Origin: Callorhinchus milii
Taxonomy: Eukaryota
DNA length: 64,000 nt
Direction of reading: 5' to 3'
Assembly (NCBI RefSeq): GCF_018977255.1
Contig: NW_024704757.1
Span: 7,688,001-7,752,000, forward strand
Shown: one piece after another, positions 26,201-38,456 of the stretch
How positions within the stretch are numbered: position 1 is the stretch's first letter
How the letters are laid out: each line of letters begins with the position of its first letter
Notes under the pieces: model-generated
What the model saw: the letters and a program-made list of their open reading frames with translations, nothing else
Told to the model about the DNA's origin: nothing
Database searches by the model: none
Translations under genes and position numbers: made by a program

Positions 26201-29200
26201 CAATCTTAAAGGGCATAAGAGACCTGGGGCTCCACCTGAGAAAATCTTTGAAGGTGTCAGGACAGGTAGGTAAAGCTGGTTTTTTTAAAAAAACATAGCA
26301 AAGAGAAACTATTTCCACTGGCGGGTGTGTCGATAACCCGAGGGCATTGAGTTAAAATAGATGTTAAAAGAAACAGAAAGGAGGTAGGAGAAATGTTTTC
26401 ACACAGCGAGTTGTTTGGATCTGAAAGGGTGGTGGAAGCCGATTCGATAACAACTTTCAAGAGAGTTGAAAGATATTTGGGGAGGACAAGTTTGCAAGGC
26501 TATGGGGAGAGGGCGGGGGAGTGGGACTAATTTGGACAGCTCCTTCAAAAAGCTGGCACGGATACAATGGGCAGAATGGCTTCCTTCGGTGCTGTATAAT
26601 TCCATAATTCTATGAAATGAAATGCAGTTTGGGTGTAATATTTTTCAGATATTTTCCCTCCTGCACACACTTGGTGTCCATGGTGTTCTGATGGAATACG
26701 AAGACATGTTTCCTTTTGAGGGTGATCTTGAAGTCCTTAAATCCACGTATGCTTACAGGTAAGATCAGGATTCGATTTATATACAGGGAGATTGGGGACG
26801 CCATTATCTTCCAACATGTCACTGCACACACATCAAGATTGGTCACATGAGTGAGAGGAAAATCAGCGAGAGAGGGAGAACACTGTGATACGGTGCTGTT
26901 CTTTATAAGCAATAATTCTGTGGTGTTTTCTCTGCAGTTCTGCTGATATTGAAAAAATCCAGGACTTGGCGGACAGAAACCAGCTGGAGATTATTCCTCT
27001 GGTTCAGACATTTGGACATATGGAAGTGAGCTCAGTGGCTGTTTATCCCTCAGGGTTTATCTCTCCTCCCGTCACCGTGCCGTGCGCCACTGCCGTACGT
27101 CTCTCGGTGTTGAGTGATGTGTGTTTTTCCTCCAGTTTGTGCTGAAACACGACAAATATCTGACTCTACGGGAGGTGGAGAATTATCCCAACAGCCTGAA
27201 CCCGCATCTGCCTGACTCCCTGAAGCTGGTGAAGGAAATGATCAGTCAGGTCCTGGATAAGCATCCCGCCTGTTCTCGGATCCACATTGGTGCGGACGAG
27301 GTTCGTGTTTGCAGGGCGGAGCTGAGGCAATAACTACAGAGCTTTAGTTGTGGGAGTGACAGCTCCTTCATGGTATTATGGTCCTCAATTCAGTAATTTA
27401 TGGTATTGTGTTGCCATGGGGAGATTCCTGTATTTACTGTTGTTAGAGATGTGAGGGGCCCCCGTGCGGTGCTGCAGGACATAGAGGGCTGCCCCCCTCT
27501 CCCTCCTCCCCCCAACCAGGGGAGGGCAGAGGGTGTAATGTTTAATGCCCACTTGCTGAATATTGTATATTCAGGGCTCCGAGTGCAATGCTGTGTGAAG
27601 GCTGTGTTATGTAGTTATATACATGATGTGGTGGTGGTGGAGGATGCTCAGCGAGCGATGTGGTAAAGAGTGTCTCTTCTGTTTACGTTGACAGGTTTAT
27701 TATCTGGGGGAAGGAGTTGAGACAAAGCAGTGGCTGAGCGAGCATGAAGAGGATCGGGGGAAGCTCTTCCTGGACCATGTGATGGCGGTCAGCAGCTACC
27801 TGACCACCAAGTACCCGGGGATTGAGGTCATCATGTGGGACGACATGATGCGGAAAATTAGCAAAGAGACGATCCAGCGTACGTGATCGAGTCCGGTGGC
27901 TGCTGCCAACTGAGTTGGCGCCCCACCCCGCCCGCCAGTCCCACCCCACCAGCCCTGCTCTGTCCACCCATCTACACTGGCTCTCAATCCACCAGGGGAT
28001 TGAATTACAGGTCCTCCTCCCCCATCTCACATCTCCTACTGCTCTGGTCGCTCCCCTCATTCCGCTAACACCTGCTTCACATCCCCTGCCTGACCATCGG
28101 CAGGTGAGCTTTCTGTCACCACTCTCTACAACTCTATCCTGGAGTTTCTCCGTCTTGTCTTTGAAGCCCACCTTAAGACCGTGCTTTTGGTCACCGTCTC
28201 CACCCACCCCACCTGGCTCAGAGTCAGCTGTGTGAAGCTTCCCCTTGATGGAAAAAGCACAATGTAAATTGTTGTTAGTTAAAGGTTCTCACTGTATTTT
28301 CCACAGAGACGGGGATCGCTCAGTACGTGGCTCCCATGGTCTGGTTTTACGCTGCTCAGTTCAGTACTGATTCCGTCGGTAAGAAACAGAAACACTGAGT
28401 CTCAATTTTCTCCATTATTAATATCGTTGCGTGTCTGAGAAATATTTGCAACTGGTAAAAAGAAATAATTTGAATAAACTAATTTTTAAGTTTTACAATA
28501 AATCTTCAATCTTCACGTCAGAGGAGATTCTCAGCAAGTACTTGGAGAGCGGATTCCGCAATGTCTGGTTCGCCAGCGCCTTCAAAGGAGCCTCGGGGGC
28601 AGCTCAGGACCGGACCCCCATTAACCTGCATCTGCAGAACCAGCTCCAATGGCTGAAGGTCATTAAATCTCTGCCCAAGTTTCCGTCACTCCACTTCCAG
28701 GGACTGGCATTAACTGGCTGGCAAAGGTCAGATATGCCTGCTGTTTGCTCGTTTCATTAATATTTAATATGTTTCTGTGATATGGTGCACGTCGCTTTAA
28801 TACATCTGCGTTAACCCCTTTCTCCCACCCCCCCCCCCCCCAAAAGCAGCAGCTTGTTGGTACCTGCTTCTGCCTTCCTCCACCTTTGCAACTTTGCCCA
28901 CCTTCATCAATACCTCCCCTCAGGCCGCTGAGAGCCTCACTCCCTCTGCTCGGCGGGCACTGGCCTGCTCCACATCCCCCACCCAGCCCACCTCACCATT
29001 GGCGGTTGTGCCTACAGTGTTTCTGCCCCTCACCCTCTGGGACTCCATCCCAGAGTCCCTCCACTTTGCCCCTTCCCAGTCCTTCTTCAAGGCCTGTTTC
29101 AATTCCTCCCTGCCCACTTGATTCCAACCCCCAGCTGAGGTGCAAACCCTTCACTGTCCAGCTCCTTGGGACATCCCAACTTGAAAGGCGCGATATAAAT

Positions 29201-32200
29201 GCAATCTGTCATTATATTAGAAGTTATATTTAGATTATTGTGGTTACCAGGTATGAGAGGTTATAGTTAGGTAGATAGACTAGTTACTAGGTATGAGGGG
29301 TGGATAGACTACGTGGCTGGTAACTGATTGCTGTGGTTTCCAGGTACGATCATTACTCTGCACTGTGTGAGTTGCTGCCCGTGGCAATCCCATCACTGGT
29401 GATTTGTGCCCAGACCGTGCGATATGGTGAGTACCACTCTTGCTCTCTTACTTACTTGTTTGTTGGATGTTCTGTGTCTCTCATACCTGTGTACTTGGAC
29501 CCTTAGGCTCCTTCAGCACTGAGGCCAAAACCACATCACTGCAAACTCTAGGATTTAAGGATATTGACCTGGAAAAAAATGTCAGGTTTGTTATTCTCAG
29601 CTTTGCTATTTACTGTTGTGGGAGGGAGAGGGGCTTGTGCGATGTTCCTCAGGGCTCTGTCCTGGGTCCCCTCCTCTTCAATATCTATATGCTCCCTCTT
29701 GGTGACATCATCCGCAGACATGGGGGCAACTTCCACATGTATGCAGATGACACCCAACTCTACCTCTCTGCCTCCACCCTTGACTCCAGGACCACTGCTG
29801 TGCTGACAGAATGTCTGTCAGACATCAAGTCCTGGATGAGAGCTAACTTTCTTCAGTTGAACGTCAACAAGATTGAGGCTCTCCTGATTGGCTCCCGTCA
29901 GTGCCTCCTCACCTCAGGCACTGAGAGCATCACCATCCATGGTGGCACACTCCACCTTGCTAAGCCATCCGGAACCTTGGGATCTTGTTTGACCCTCAAC
30001 TAGTCTTTCTACCCGACATCCGTGCCATGACCCGCTCTGCCTTCCCCCAGCTCCGCAACGTCGCCTGGCCCCGACACTGTCTCACACCGCAGGCCACCGA
30101 ATGCCTTACACACACCTTCATTACATCGAGGCTCGACTATGCAAACTCACTGCTTGTCGGCCTCCCCACTCCTCCCTCCACAGACTGCAGATCATCAGAA
30201 CTCTGCAGCCCGTGTCCTCTCCCGCACTAGGCTCCGTGACCCTATGACCCCATCTTTGCCCAACTTCACCGGCTTCCCATCACACAGAGGATACAGTTCA
30301 AGATTCTGGTCCTCACCTTCAAAGCCCTCCATGGTCTTGCTCCCCCCCACCTCTCCAACTTCCTAACCCCCACCATCCTATTCGCTCCCTCCGCTCAGTG
30401 GGCTCCGGCCTGTGTAATGTTCCCCCGCCTTGCTCGCCCACTATCGGCGGGCGGACCTTCCGCCACTCTGCACCCACCCTCTGGAACTCCATCCCATGGT
30501 CCCTCCGTATCGACCCCTCCCTCGCCACCTTCAAGATCCACATCAAGACCCTCCTCTTCGACCGTGCTTTTGACCTCCCTACTTCCCCCCCCCCACCCCT
30601 GCCCTCCACCATCCCCTACCCGGACCCCCAGCTCGGGTCCGTAACTGTCTGTCCAGAGCCTTGGGATGTCCTCCCGATGTGAAAGGCTCTTTACAAATGT
30701 AATTTTGTTGTTGTTGTTGTTGTGTGGTGGGATGCATGTGGTGGTATGCGCGTGCGTGTGTGTGGTGGGGGTGCACGTGTGTGTGTGTGGTGGGAGTGCA
30801 CGTGTGTGTGTGTGGTGGGAGTGCACGTGTGTGTGTGTGGTGGGGGTGCGTGTGTGTGTGTGGTGGGGGTGATTGTGTTGTTGTAGTTGGATTACTTTGT
30901 TTGGAGCCAGGTGTGAATTACTGTACCTGGTGCTAACTTTGCCTTTTCACCCTCGGCAGCGAAGGAACCGGGTCGTTTGCAGGAGCTGAAATTTACGAAA
31001 TGGTTTGTCATATTCATGACAATCTAAAATCTGAAATAACCAATGTTCTACAGGACAACAGGTTAGTCAGTCACACGCAAACTACACAAACTTTTTTGTC
31101 AATTGTTTCCCCTCCTCTCGGGCTCGCACCTGACAGAAACGTTTTCTTGTTGAAATTCACTTGTAATACACTGGCACAATTGAATCGCACCCATAATTTA
31201 AAGGTTCTTATGGGAGGATGAGCTCCTGGCTGCAGCTCTGCTCTCAGCCCTCTGTTGCAGGATCTGCTGTCACACAGAGGAAGGGGAGACACTGGAATCA
31301 CTTGAGCCCCTGGTCACGAGGCTCAGGCTGAGTTTCCCCTGTCAGCGAGGCCATCCAGTCAACTTGACCTGCTCAGGTGATGGTGAAGTCATGGTTCAGG
31401 TCCACATCGTCCTGTGACAATTTGGGGTCTAGAGAGTTTGGGGGGGAAGGGGCTGGTCTGCGGGGACAACCCTTGTGCACAAAGTGGGACGTTTGGGTGT
31501 AATTGGGGTAATGGGGGTGAGCAGCCTAACCTCGCTCAGCAATTTAAAAGTGACAGCTCAGAACGGGCTCACCAGGAAACCAATCACATGCTTAACACAC
31601 TTGACAGTTTGTTGGAAACATTTAGTTATTTCACATTGATAAAGTAAAATCAAAAGTTTGGAATTCTCACCCAGATGTGCCTTGGTCTGTTTCCATTTAC
31701 AGTTTGAGGTGATTAGTGACTGAAAATGACAAGCCAGACTTGTTCTCAGACTTATTAATTGCTCTGGTATAAAATAGAGCAGAATTTTAGGCAACCAACA
31801 GTTGCTGAATTGGTGTAAACAAAGTTTTTTTTTCCCTGATGCTTTGAATGTGTTTTCTCCAGTGATATCAAAGGCTGGTTCACTAACTATCACAGGAAAT
31901 ACCACTTTGCAAACCCACGAAACCTGGAGCGATTTGGAAATAAAGTATTGAAGTAAGTGGGTCACAATCTGTTCGAGAAATTGAAGGCGATTTCCCCCAA
32001 AACAGTCACTACAGTAAGCACTTTGAGACGTCTTGAAGATGTGATAAGGCGCCAAATCAAATGCAAGCATTATTATTATTATTTACCTTTTTGGGCAGCC
32101 AACCAAATACATTTTTTTTGATTGAATATTTCTTGATTGATGGCCACGCCGTAAATATCGTTGCGGGAAACAAAATATTGGTGTAACACTGACTGATCTA

Positions 32201-32562
32201 AACTGGTGTGAATGTTCGGTGGACCACCAGTGTTTACAATCTTATCATGTGCAGAGGTGGGAGGAGGTTAGATAATATAAGGTATGAGATGCTCCCCACG
32301 AGACGGGTGCTTTATAAATGCAAGTTTTTTGTTGTATATCAAATGTAAGGATTATTATTATAAACATTGCCTCTCCAGGGTTCACCAGAAGTGGGAAGAA
32401 TACCTGGCAAAACTGCGCTTACAAATGGAAAACATTTACTTCCCTGACACAGTGGAGGAGTGGATGGAGGAGAATGTGAACCTGTATATGGATGCGCTAC
32501 GAGTGTTTGTGGAGGACTACAAGAAGATCGTGCAGCTCCAAGCTAAGCCCAAGCACAAATAG
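23254..32562 (+). CDS. Hexosaminidase D-like GH20 glycosidase with N-terminal signal anchor, 13 exons, about 562 aa
   Basis: Exons 23254-23342, 24828-25065, 26649-26758, 26938-27025, 27136-27300, 27695-27878, 28307-28378, 28522-28726, 29344-29426, 29507-29585, 30960-31061, 31863-31952, 32379-32562, totalling 1689 nt and phase-consistent. HEXD-family motifs [30 protein letters not shown], catalytic [40 protein letters not shown]. Confidence 0.92.
24005..24310 (-). mobile_element. tRNA-derived SINE, same family
   Basis: Same head, core and tail. Further copies or fragments at about 655-880, 1143-1250, 10725-10885, 18330-18560 with 19040-19168, 20848-21120, 32005-32085(+), 63700-63930(+). Confidence 0.85.
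24310..24720 (-). mobile_element. L2-type LINE fragment
   Basis: [11 protein letters not shown]...[10 protein letters not shown]; homologous to 30020-30370. Confidence 0.75.
25290..26610 (+). mobile_element. CR1-type LINE 3' fragment (degenerate reverse transcriptase plus 3' UTR)
   Basis: Broken RT peptides [57 protein letters not shown], followed by a GAATGGCTTCCTTCGGTGCTGTA...TTCTAT tail. Confidence 0.9.
29638..30722 (+). mobile_element. L2-type LINE 3' fragment
   Basis: [55 protein letters not shown], and a (TTG)n tail at 30705-30722. Confidence 0.9.
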
Positions 32563-32867
32563 CAGTGAGTGGAGCTGTGAGAGCACAAATCTCAGGGAAT
32601 TAGTATTTCTGGAGTGGAGCTGAATGATCAGGATTGAACAAGCAATTTGCGTGTAATTTGGTGATGGGTCGGACAGACATTCTCTTTCTCTCAATTTCCT
32701 GTCTCGAGTTTCTGTTCCTAATTGTGGTTCCAATTCAAATGGTTAAACCGTGGTCTCACTGCCCTCACTGCCCATTGGCGAAATCTGATAATCTCTGCAA
32801 ACACAGATCTGAACAAGGATTTATTCCCTTTTTTATGTTAAAGATAATCAGCGTTTGTGACTTGGGG

Positions 32868-33260
32868 CTGTGTGGGTGTGAGCAGCAGTGTGTCAGGGTC
32901 ACTGTGTGGGTGTGAGCAGCAGTGTGTCAGGGTCACTGTGTGGGTGTGAGCAGCAGTGTGTCAGGGTCACTGTGTGGGTGTGAGCAGCAGTGTGTCAGGG
33001 TCACTGTGTGGGTGTGAGCAGCAGTGTGTCAGGGTCACTGTGTGGGTGTGAGCAGCAGTGTGTCAGGGTCACTGTGTGGGTGTGAGCAGCAGTGTGTCAG
33101 GGTCACTGTGTGGGTGTGAGCAGCAGTGTGTCAGGGTCACTGTGTGGGTGTGAGCAGCAGTGTGTCAGGGTCACTGTGTGGGTGTGAGCAGCAGTGTGTC
33201 AGGGTCACTGTGTGGGTGTGAGCAGCAGTGTGTCAGGGTCACTGTGTGGGTGTGTCAGGG
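32868..33260. repeat. 34-bp minisatellite (AGCAGCAGTGTGTCAGGGTCACTGTGTGGGTGTG), about 11 copies
   Basis: Near-perfect tandem copies downstream of the HEXD-like stop. Confidence 0.95.
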
Positions 33261-33334
33261 TGGTCGCTGGGTGGGGGTTTGGTTGTTTTTACTGAAACTT
33301 ATTGTGATTTTATTGAAATGTAGGGTGTGTGTGT

Positions 33335-33580
33335 GGGCGGGGCCACTGCTGGGGGCGGGGCCACTGCTGGGGGCGGGGCCACTGCTGAGGGCGGGGCCAC
33401 AATAAAAATCAACCCAAACCAGGACTTTGTTATTACATGAGGGGCGGAGCCGAGCGGTGGGAGGGGCCGAGCGGTGGGAGGGGCCGAGCGGTGGGAGGGG
33501 CCGAGCTGTGGGAGGGGCCGAGCGGTGGGAGGGGCTGTGGGGCGGGGCCGCGCTGTGGGGAGGGGCTGTGGGGCGGGGAC
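33335..33580 (+). promoter_or_regulatory. PLD6 promoter with GC-box arrays
   Basis: Four GGGCGGGGCC copies in an 18-bp repeat (33335-33400) and repeated GGGAGGGG/GGGGCGGGG boxes (33441-33580), directly upstream of the ATG at 33584. Confidence 0.6.
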
Positions 33581-33583
33581 GGG

Positions 33584-34762
33584 ATGCGCGTTCCCGCGCT
33601 GTTGGGCGCCCTGGCTGTGTTGAGCGCGCTCCTGTACCGGTTGCTGAGGCGGCGGGAGCGGGAGCGCGCTCAGGTGCTGTTCTTCCCGGTGGAGCCGGTG
33701 ATGTGCGCGCGGCCGCTGTGTGCTCGGGGCCGCGGCCCATGTGAGTGCGGTCTGTGGCAGCGGGAGCGCGCGGCGTGCCGCCTGTGCGCGCTCCTCCTCA
33801 CCGCCCAGCGCACGCTCGACGTCTGCGTCTTCACCATCTCCAGCCGCGAGCTCGCGCACGCGGTGCTCGTCCTCCACCGCCGCGGCGTCCGCGTTCGCGT
33901 CATCACCGACTCCGGTCACATGGCGCTGGCCGCCTCCCAGGTCGGCAACTTCCGGAGAGCAGGTACCCGCACCAGGGGGACACCTGCACCTGCACCAGGG
34001 GGACACCTGCACCAGGGGGACACCTGCACCCGCACCAGGAAGACGCCTGCACCCGCACCAGGGGCACACCTGCACCAGGGGCACACCTGCACCAGGGGGA
34101 CACCCTCACCAGGGGCACACCTGCACCAGGGGGACACCCGCACCAGGGGGACACCTGCACCCACACCAGGGACACACCTGCACCCACACCAGCGGCACAC
34201 CTGCACCAGGGGGACACCCACACCAGGGGCACACCCGCACCAGGGGGACACCCACACCAGGGGCACACCCGCACCAGGGGCACACACGCACCCACACCAG
34301 GGGCACACGCGCACCCACACCAGGGGCACACCCGCACCAGGGGCACACCTGCACCCACACCAGGGGCACATCTGCACCAGGGGTCACCGACACTGGAACA
34401 CTGGTCTCTCCGCAACAAATACACAGTCTTTGTGCAGTAAATCGCTAATTTACATTACTTCGCACAGTTTTATTTTCCCGTGAAATTCATTGGAGATGAT
34501 TTATGAATCCGTTGTTTCACCACCAGGAATAGAAGTTCGACACGACCAAGACACAAACTACATGCACCACAAATTCGCAATCGTTGATGGATCAATCCTT
34601 CTGAACGGATCGCTCAACTGGAGCTCCCAAGCCATTTACGGAAACAAAGAAAATGTCATCGTTGTAAAACTTCCCGATATTGTGAATCCGTTTGTGGAAG
34701 AATTTGAAAGTCTTTGGAATGAATATGATCCGTCAAAGTTCATCTTTTCTCCACAAAAGTAA
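33584..34762 (+). CDS. PLD6: Mitochondrial cardiolipin hydrolase / piRNA endonuclease zucchini (PLD6), 2 exons, about 204 aa
   Basis: Exons 33584-33962 and 34527-34762. N-terminal hydrophobic anchor, VLFFP, TLDVCVFTISS, RGVRVRVITD, a single HKD motif (MHHKFAIVD), GSLNWS, NKEN. Tail-to-tail with MPRIP as in human. Confidence 0.95.
33965..34385. repeat. Variable CACCTGCACCAGGGG(G) tandem repeat filling most of PLD6 intron 1
   Basis: Repeated 16-23-bp units starting right after the donor. Confidence 0.9.
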
Positions 34763-37700
34763 ATGGTGACATTGTGCCAGTGAAGGAGATTGGCTGCTGC
34801 TGTTTGGGGGACAGTAGGCATCAGTCAGATGGACAATTGGAAGCACTGCTTTGTGGTGCGATAATGTGTAGCCTCAATAAGCAACATTTCTGTTTTGTTG
34901 CATCTTACGTTTTGTTCGACCAGGATCAGTGATCAAAATGGTAATTATTTGATTTCTGGTATAATGTGTCATGTACATTTGCACACATTGCATACTGGCA
35001 TTTTACACCTACACGTAGAATATACATGCATCGAGAGGAATCTTTGTTCACTCAGGGACTTCGATTGAAATGTCAAATTTGATCCTAGTTCAGAGCTGGT
35101 ATTTGTTGTAGAATCCTGCAGCCAAAACAGAAGGCAAGGAAGATTGAAAGGGAAGGTAATGGACAAACAAGGCCGGACAGAAGTGATCACTGCTGCTGGT
35201 GTGGCTTCGGGGAGGTGAGGCTGGTGATGGTGTTCAATAGGCTGCCAACACTCACTAACACAGTCCTAGCTGGACACGTGTTAGAATTACTACTTCTTAC
35301 TGCATTCTGTTCCAAACTCCAGGGTTGATAGACTTTGTTGGGATATAGTCTGTTCTGTTCTTTCAAAGCATTAAATTCAGATGTTGTATTTTTCAATTCT
35401 CCAGCGATGATGTTTGTGTGGTAACAAATTTGAAGTCGCAGGTCTTTGATAGTTCCTTACAATTTTATTGATGTTAAACTATATTTTATTGGCCCTATGT
35501 GTACAGAATGCTGCACAGCTGAGGCCGTTTGTTTTTTAATCAAACAGCTTGTGAGAATAAACAGTGAAGAATGATGAACCTGATGATTTTATACTCTATT
35601 ATTATTCATTGTCTGATCTCGTCACAAAAATTATGTTTCCTCCCCCGGAATCATTCACCTTCACGTGGCACAAACCTGTCATATGTAGCTGTCATAACAG
35701 GTGCAGATTGTGTGCGTGCGTTTCAGCAGCAAACGAAAGTTGACTTTGCAGGAGGCAGTTTGGCTCATTGCACCTTCACTGGAGCTTATCTGCTCTAATG
35801 CTTTTCTCTTGTTATTTCCCCTCACATTAATGTTGGTGCTCCCTTCCCTCATTCGAGCTCACTGCTCTAGCCCATGTTCCATACCAACATTCAGCTTCTC
35901 TGCCCCATCCCACAGTCGCTTTGCCTCACTCCCTCACTTGCTCCTTCAAGGCACATCTCAAGACCCTCCTCTTTGACCGTGCCTTTGGCCACCATCCTAC
36001 GCACCCCTGCCCTCCACTCTGCCTTATCCCAACCCCTCCACCCGCTGGGGTCCAAATCCTTGACTGTCCAGCGCCTTGGGACATCCTCCTGACTTGAAAG
36101 GCGTTGTGTAAATGTAATTTTGTATTGTAAGAAGAATAAATTTTAAGTTATTCTATAGGGTGAAGTTCATCATAGGAAAGGATGTCACGTATGTGAAACA
36201 TGGTGGTTTGATAGCCATAATGATACATTGTCCTGTTATATCACATGCAGATTGATCAATACATTATGTTTACAGACAGGGGAACCAAGCGGATATTATT
36301 GATTTATTTTGCAGCAATGAGAACTTTGACCATTTATGAAGCTCCTCAAATTGCAGATCATTTACACAGTAAAAGCATTTACTCAGTGGGTGATGCATAC
36401 ATAACTCAGTTGCGGAAATATACCGCATGGACCCTGAAACCCCAGCTCAGTTTATGGCCTCATCATTCATTTGTGTTGGGAGAGATCAAGGTTTATGAAT
36501 GTTGATTTATGAATTGACAATAAATGAATGTATTGAGCTGGCATTTTCAATGACACAATCATTCAGATTGTCAGGGAACAAGCACAGTTAATACAAGTTT
36601 CATATTTTAGCAACTTTCCCTCTTTAATTAAATGCTTTGAACAGAATATAAACAAATCTTTAGCTTCATAACATTGGCAGATGTAATAATATTGCTGATT
36701 TTATGTGGCTATTTAATGATAAATACGATGATTTTTTGTAATAAAAACATTTTTACTAAATTTGTATGAACTTCACTAAACTTTAAATGACACCAGGCAC
36801 ATTCATACACATTTATACTTGGAACTCAGTCAGAAACACATTTGGGCTTTTGTTGCTGTTTGCTGCACTAAAACCTAACCTCGGTTCATGTTCACCATGT
36901 GTTTGTTTTCAGCCATTAACTAAAACCAACAATTATTTCCATTCCTATTTCCTGGAGGCAGCACTAACACAACGTCCCCCCACACCCTATCCTCAGTCTG
37001 CATAGGAGCCACTTATGCCACCCACTGAAGCTGCTCACATTCAGGAAGTAAACCACGTGTTTAAAGGCCTGTAAGGGCGCCGTCTACTGGCAATATTTAC
37101 TGGACGGAATCTCAGTGTCTCCTCACAGCATCATGTGCTGTGGTTTCTGCAAATTTATTTAGTAATTATAGTATTTACAGTATTTATAAGTAAACCCAGC
37201 CGCTGATTTGCACACAGCAATATCCAACAAACAGCTATTAAGTGAATCACCAGTTTTGCTGGAGGAGCGTTGGCCAAGACACAGGGAGAAACTTTTTCCC
37301 ATGAAATGTGTCATGGGATCTTTCATGTTGATGTGAATAGCAACTGTCTGAGGTCCAGTCAGTTTGACATCTTGTCCTTTGGGACATAACATATTCATAG
37401 GATTGTGTTGAAGTTGCGAGACTTACAGCAATGAGATAGAGGAAGTCATTGGCTGACCTTCCCCAGATGTTTTGCAGGACAATTTCACTGCATCACCCAT
37501 TCCTCAGTCACCCCATCTTGAAGCCACTGCTCGTCACTGATGCTCATCTGCTGGGGGAACCTCAGAGATAAAACCTTCACGGAAAAACTCTCCAAGCTGA
37601 ATGGTGTGCCTGCCTCCTGCTGTTTACATACCATTTCAATTTGTGACCAAATTTTAAGCCTCCGAACGATGAGCCCAAACCTCCCCCCCCACCCTGGGGA

Positions 37701-38456
37701 TTGAGATCAGGACAACAAATTACATTTACAACAACAACAAAATTACATTTACACAGGTTCTTTCAAGTCAGGACATTCCAAGGCTCTGGACAGTCAGGGA
37801 TTTGCATCCGAGCTGGTGGTTGGGATCAGGAGGGGTGGAGGATGGGGAGGGTCAGGGTAGGAGTGTGACCGAAGACACGGTCAAGGAGAGTCTTGAGACG
37901 GGTCTTGAAGGAGGCAAGGGAGGGGGAGAGGCGGAGGGACTGAGGGATGGAGTTCCAGAGGGTGGGACAGAGGCTGATGGTCTGCCCGCCAATGGGGGTG
38001 TGGGCAAGGACAGTCCATGCTGTGGAACTGGCCAGCATTTGGGAAATAAAGAATCAAAGGTAGGAATTAAATATTGCTCTCATCTACTGCTTGATGGCAA
38101 ACAGATAAATAAAATGTCCTACATTCAACTTTATAATAGATTGAGGGAATGGTAAAGAGATCCCTGATTATAACAACTTTTATTGTTGCTTTACTAATGT
38201 GAATAATTTGTATTTAATGACAGAGGTAATCTGCTTTCTCAACTACAATTCTATACGATAATTTACAAACCATTTTAACTGTGCAGCAATTAATGTGCAA
38301 AGTTAGGCTGAACCGGATTCATTATCTGCAGGAGTGATGTTACTAACACAGTGAGCGGTGTTACTAACACAGTGAGTGGTGTTACTAAACACAGTGAGTG
38401 GCTACACAGACTGTGACTTGGTGTTGCTGCTAATAGTGATGTGGTCTCAAAGCTCG

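Noticed and set aside
29440-30003. ORF fusing HEXD-like exon 10 to an L2 reverse transcriptase
   Set aside because: A valid donor at 29585/29586 joins exon 11 in phase; the L2 is truncated and intronic, so the fusion is coincidental.
32560-32568. Stop read-through at the HEXD-like TAG CAG TGA
   Set aside because: The context is not CARYYA and a second stop follows after one codon.
32868-33260. Regular repeats here and at 15451, 22678, 40892, 49975, 52655 as CRISPR-like arrays
   Set aside because: They are head-to-tail minisatellites without unique spacers, in a eukaryotic context with no cas genes.
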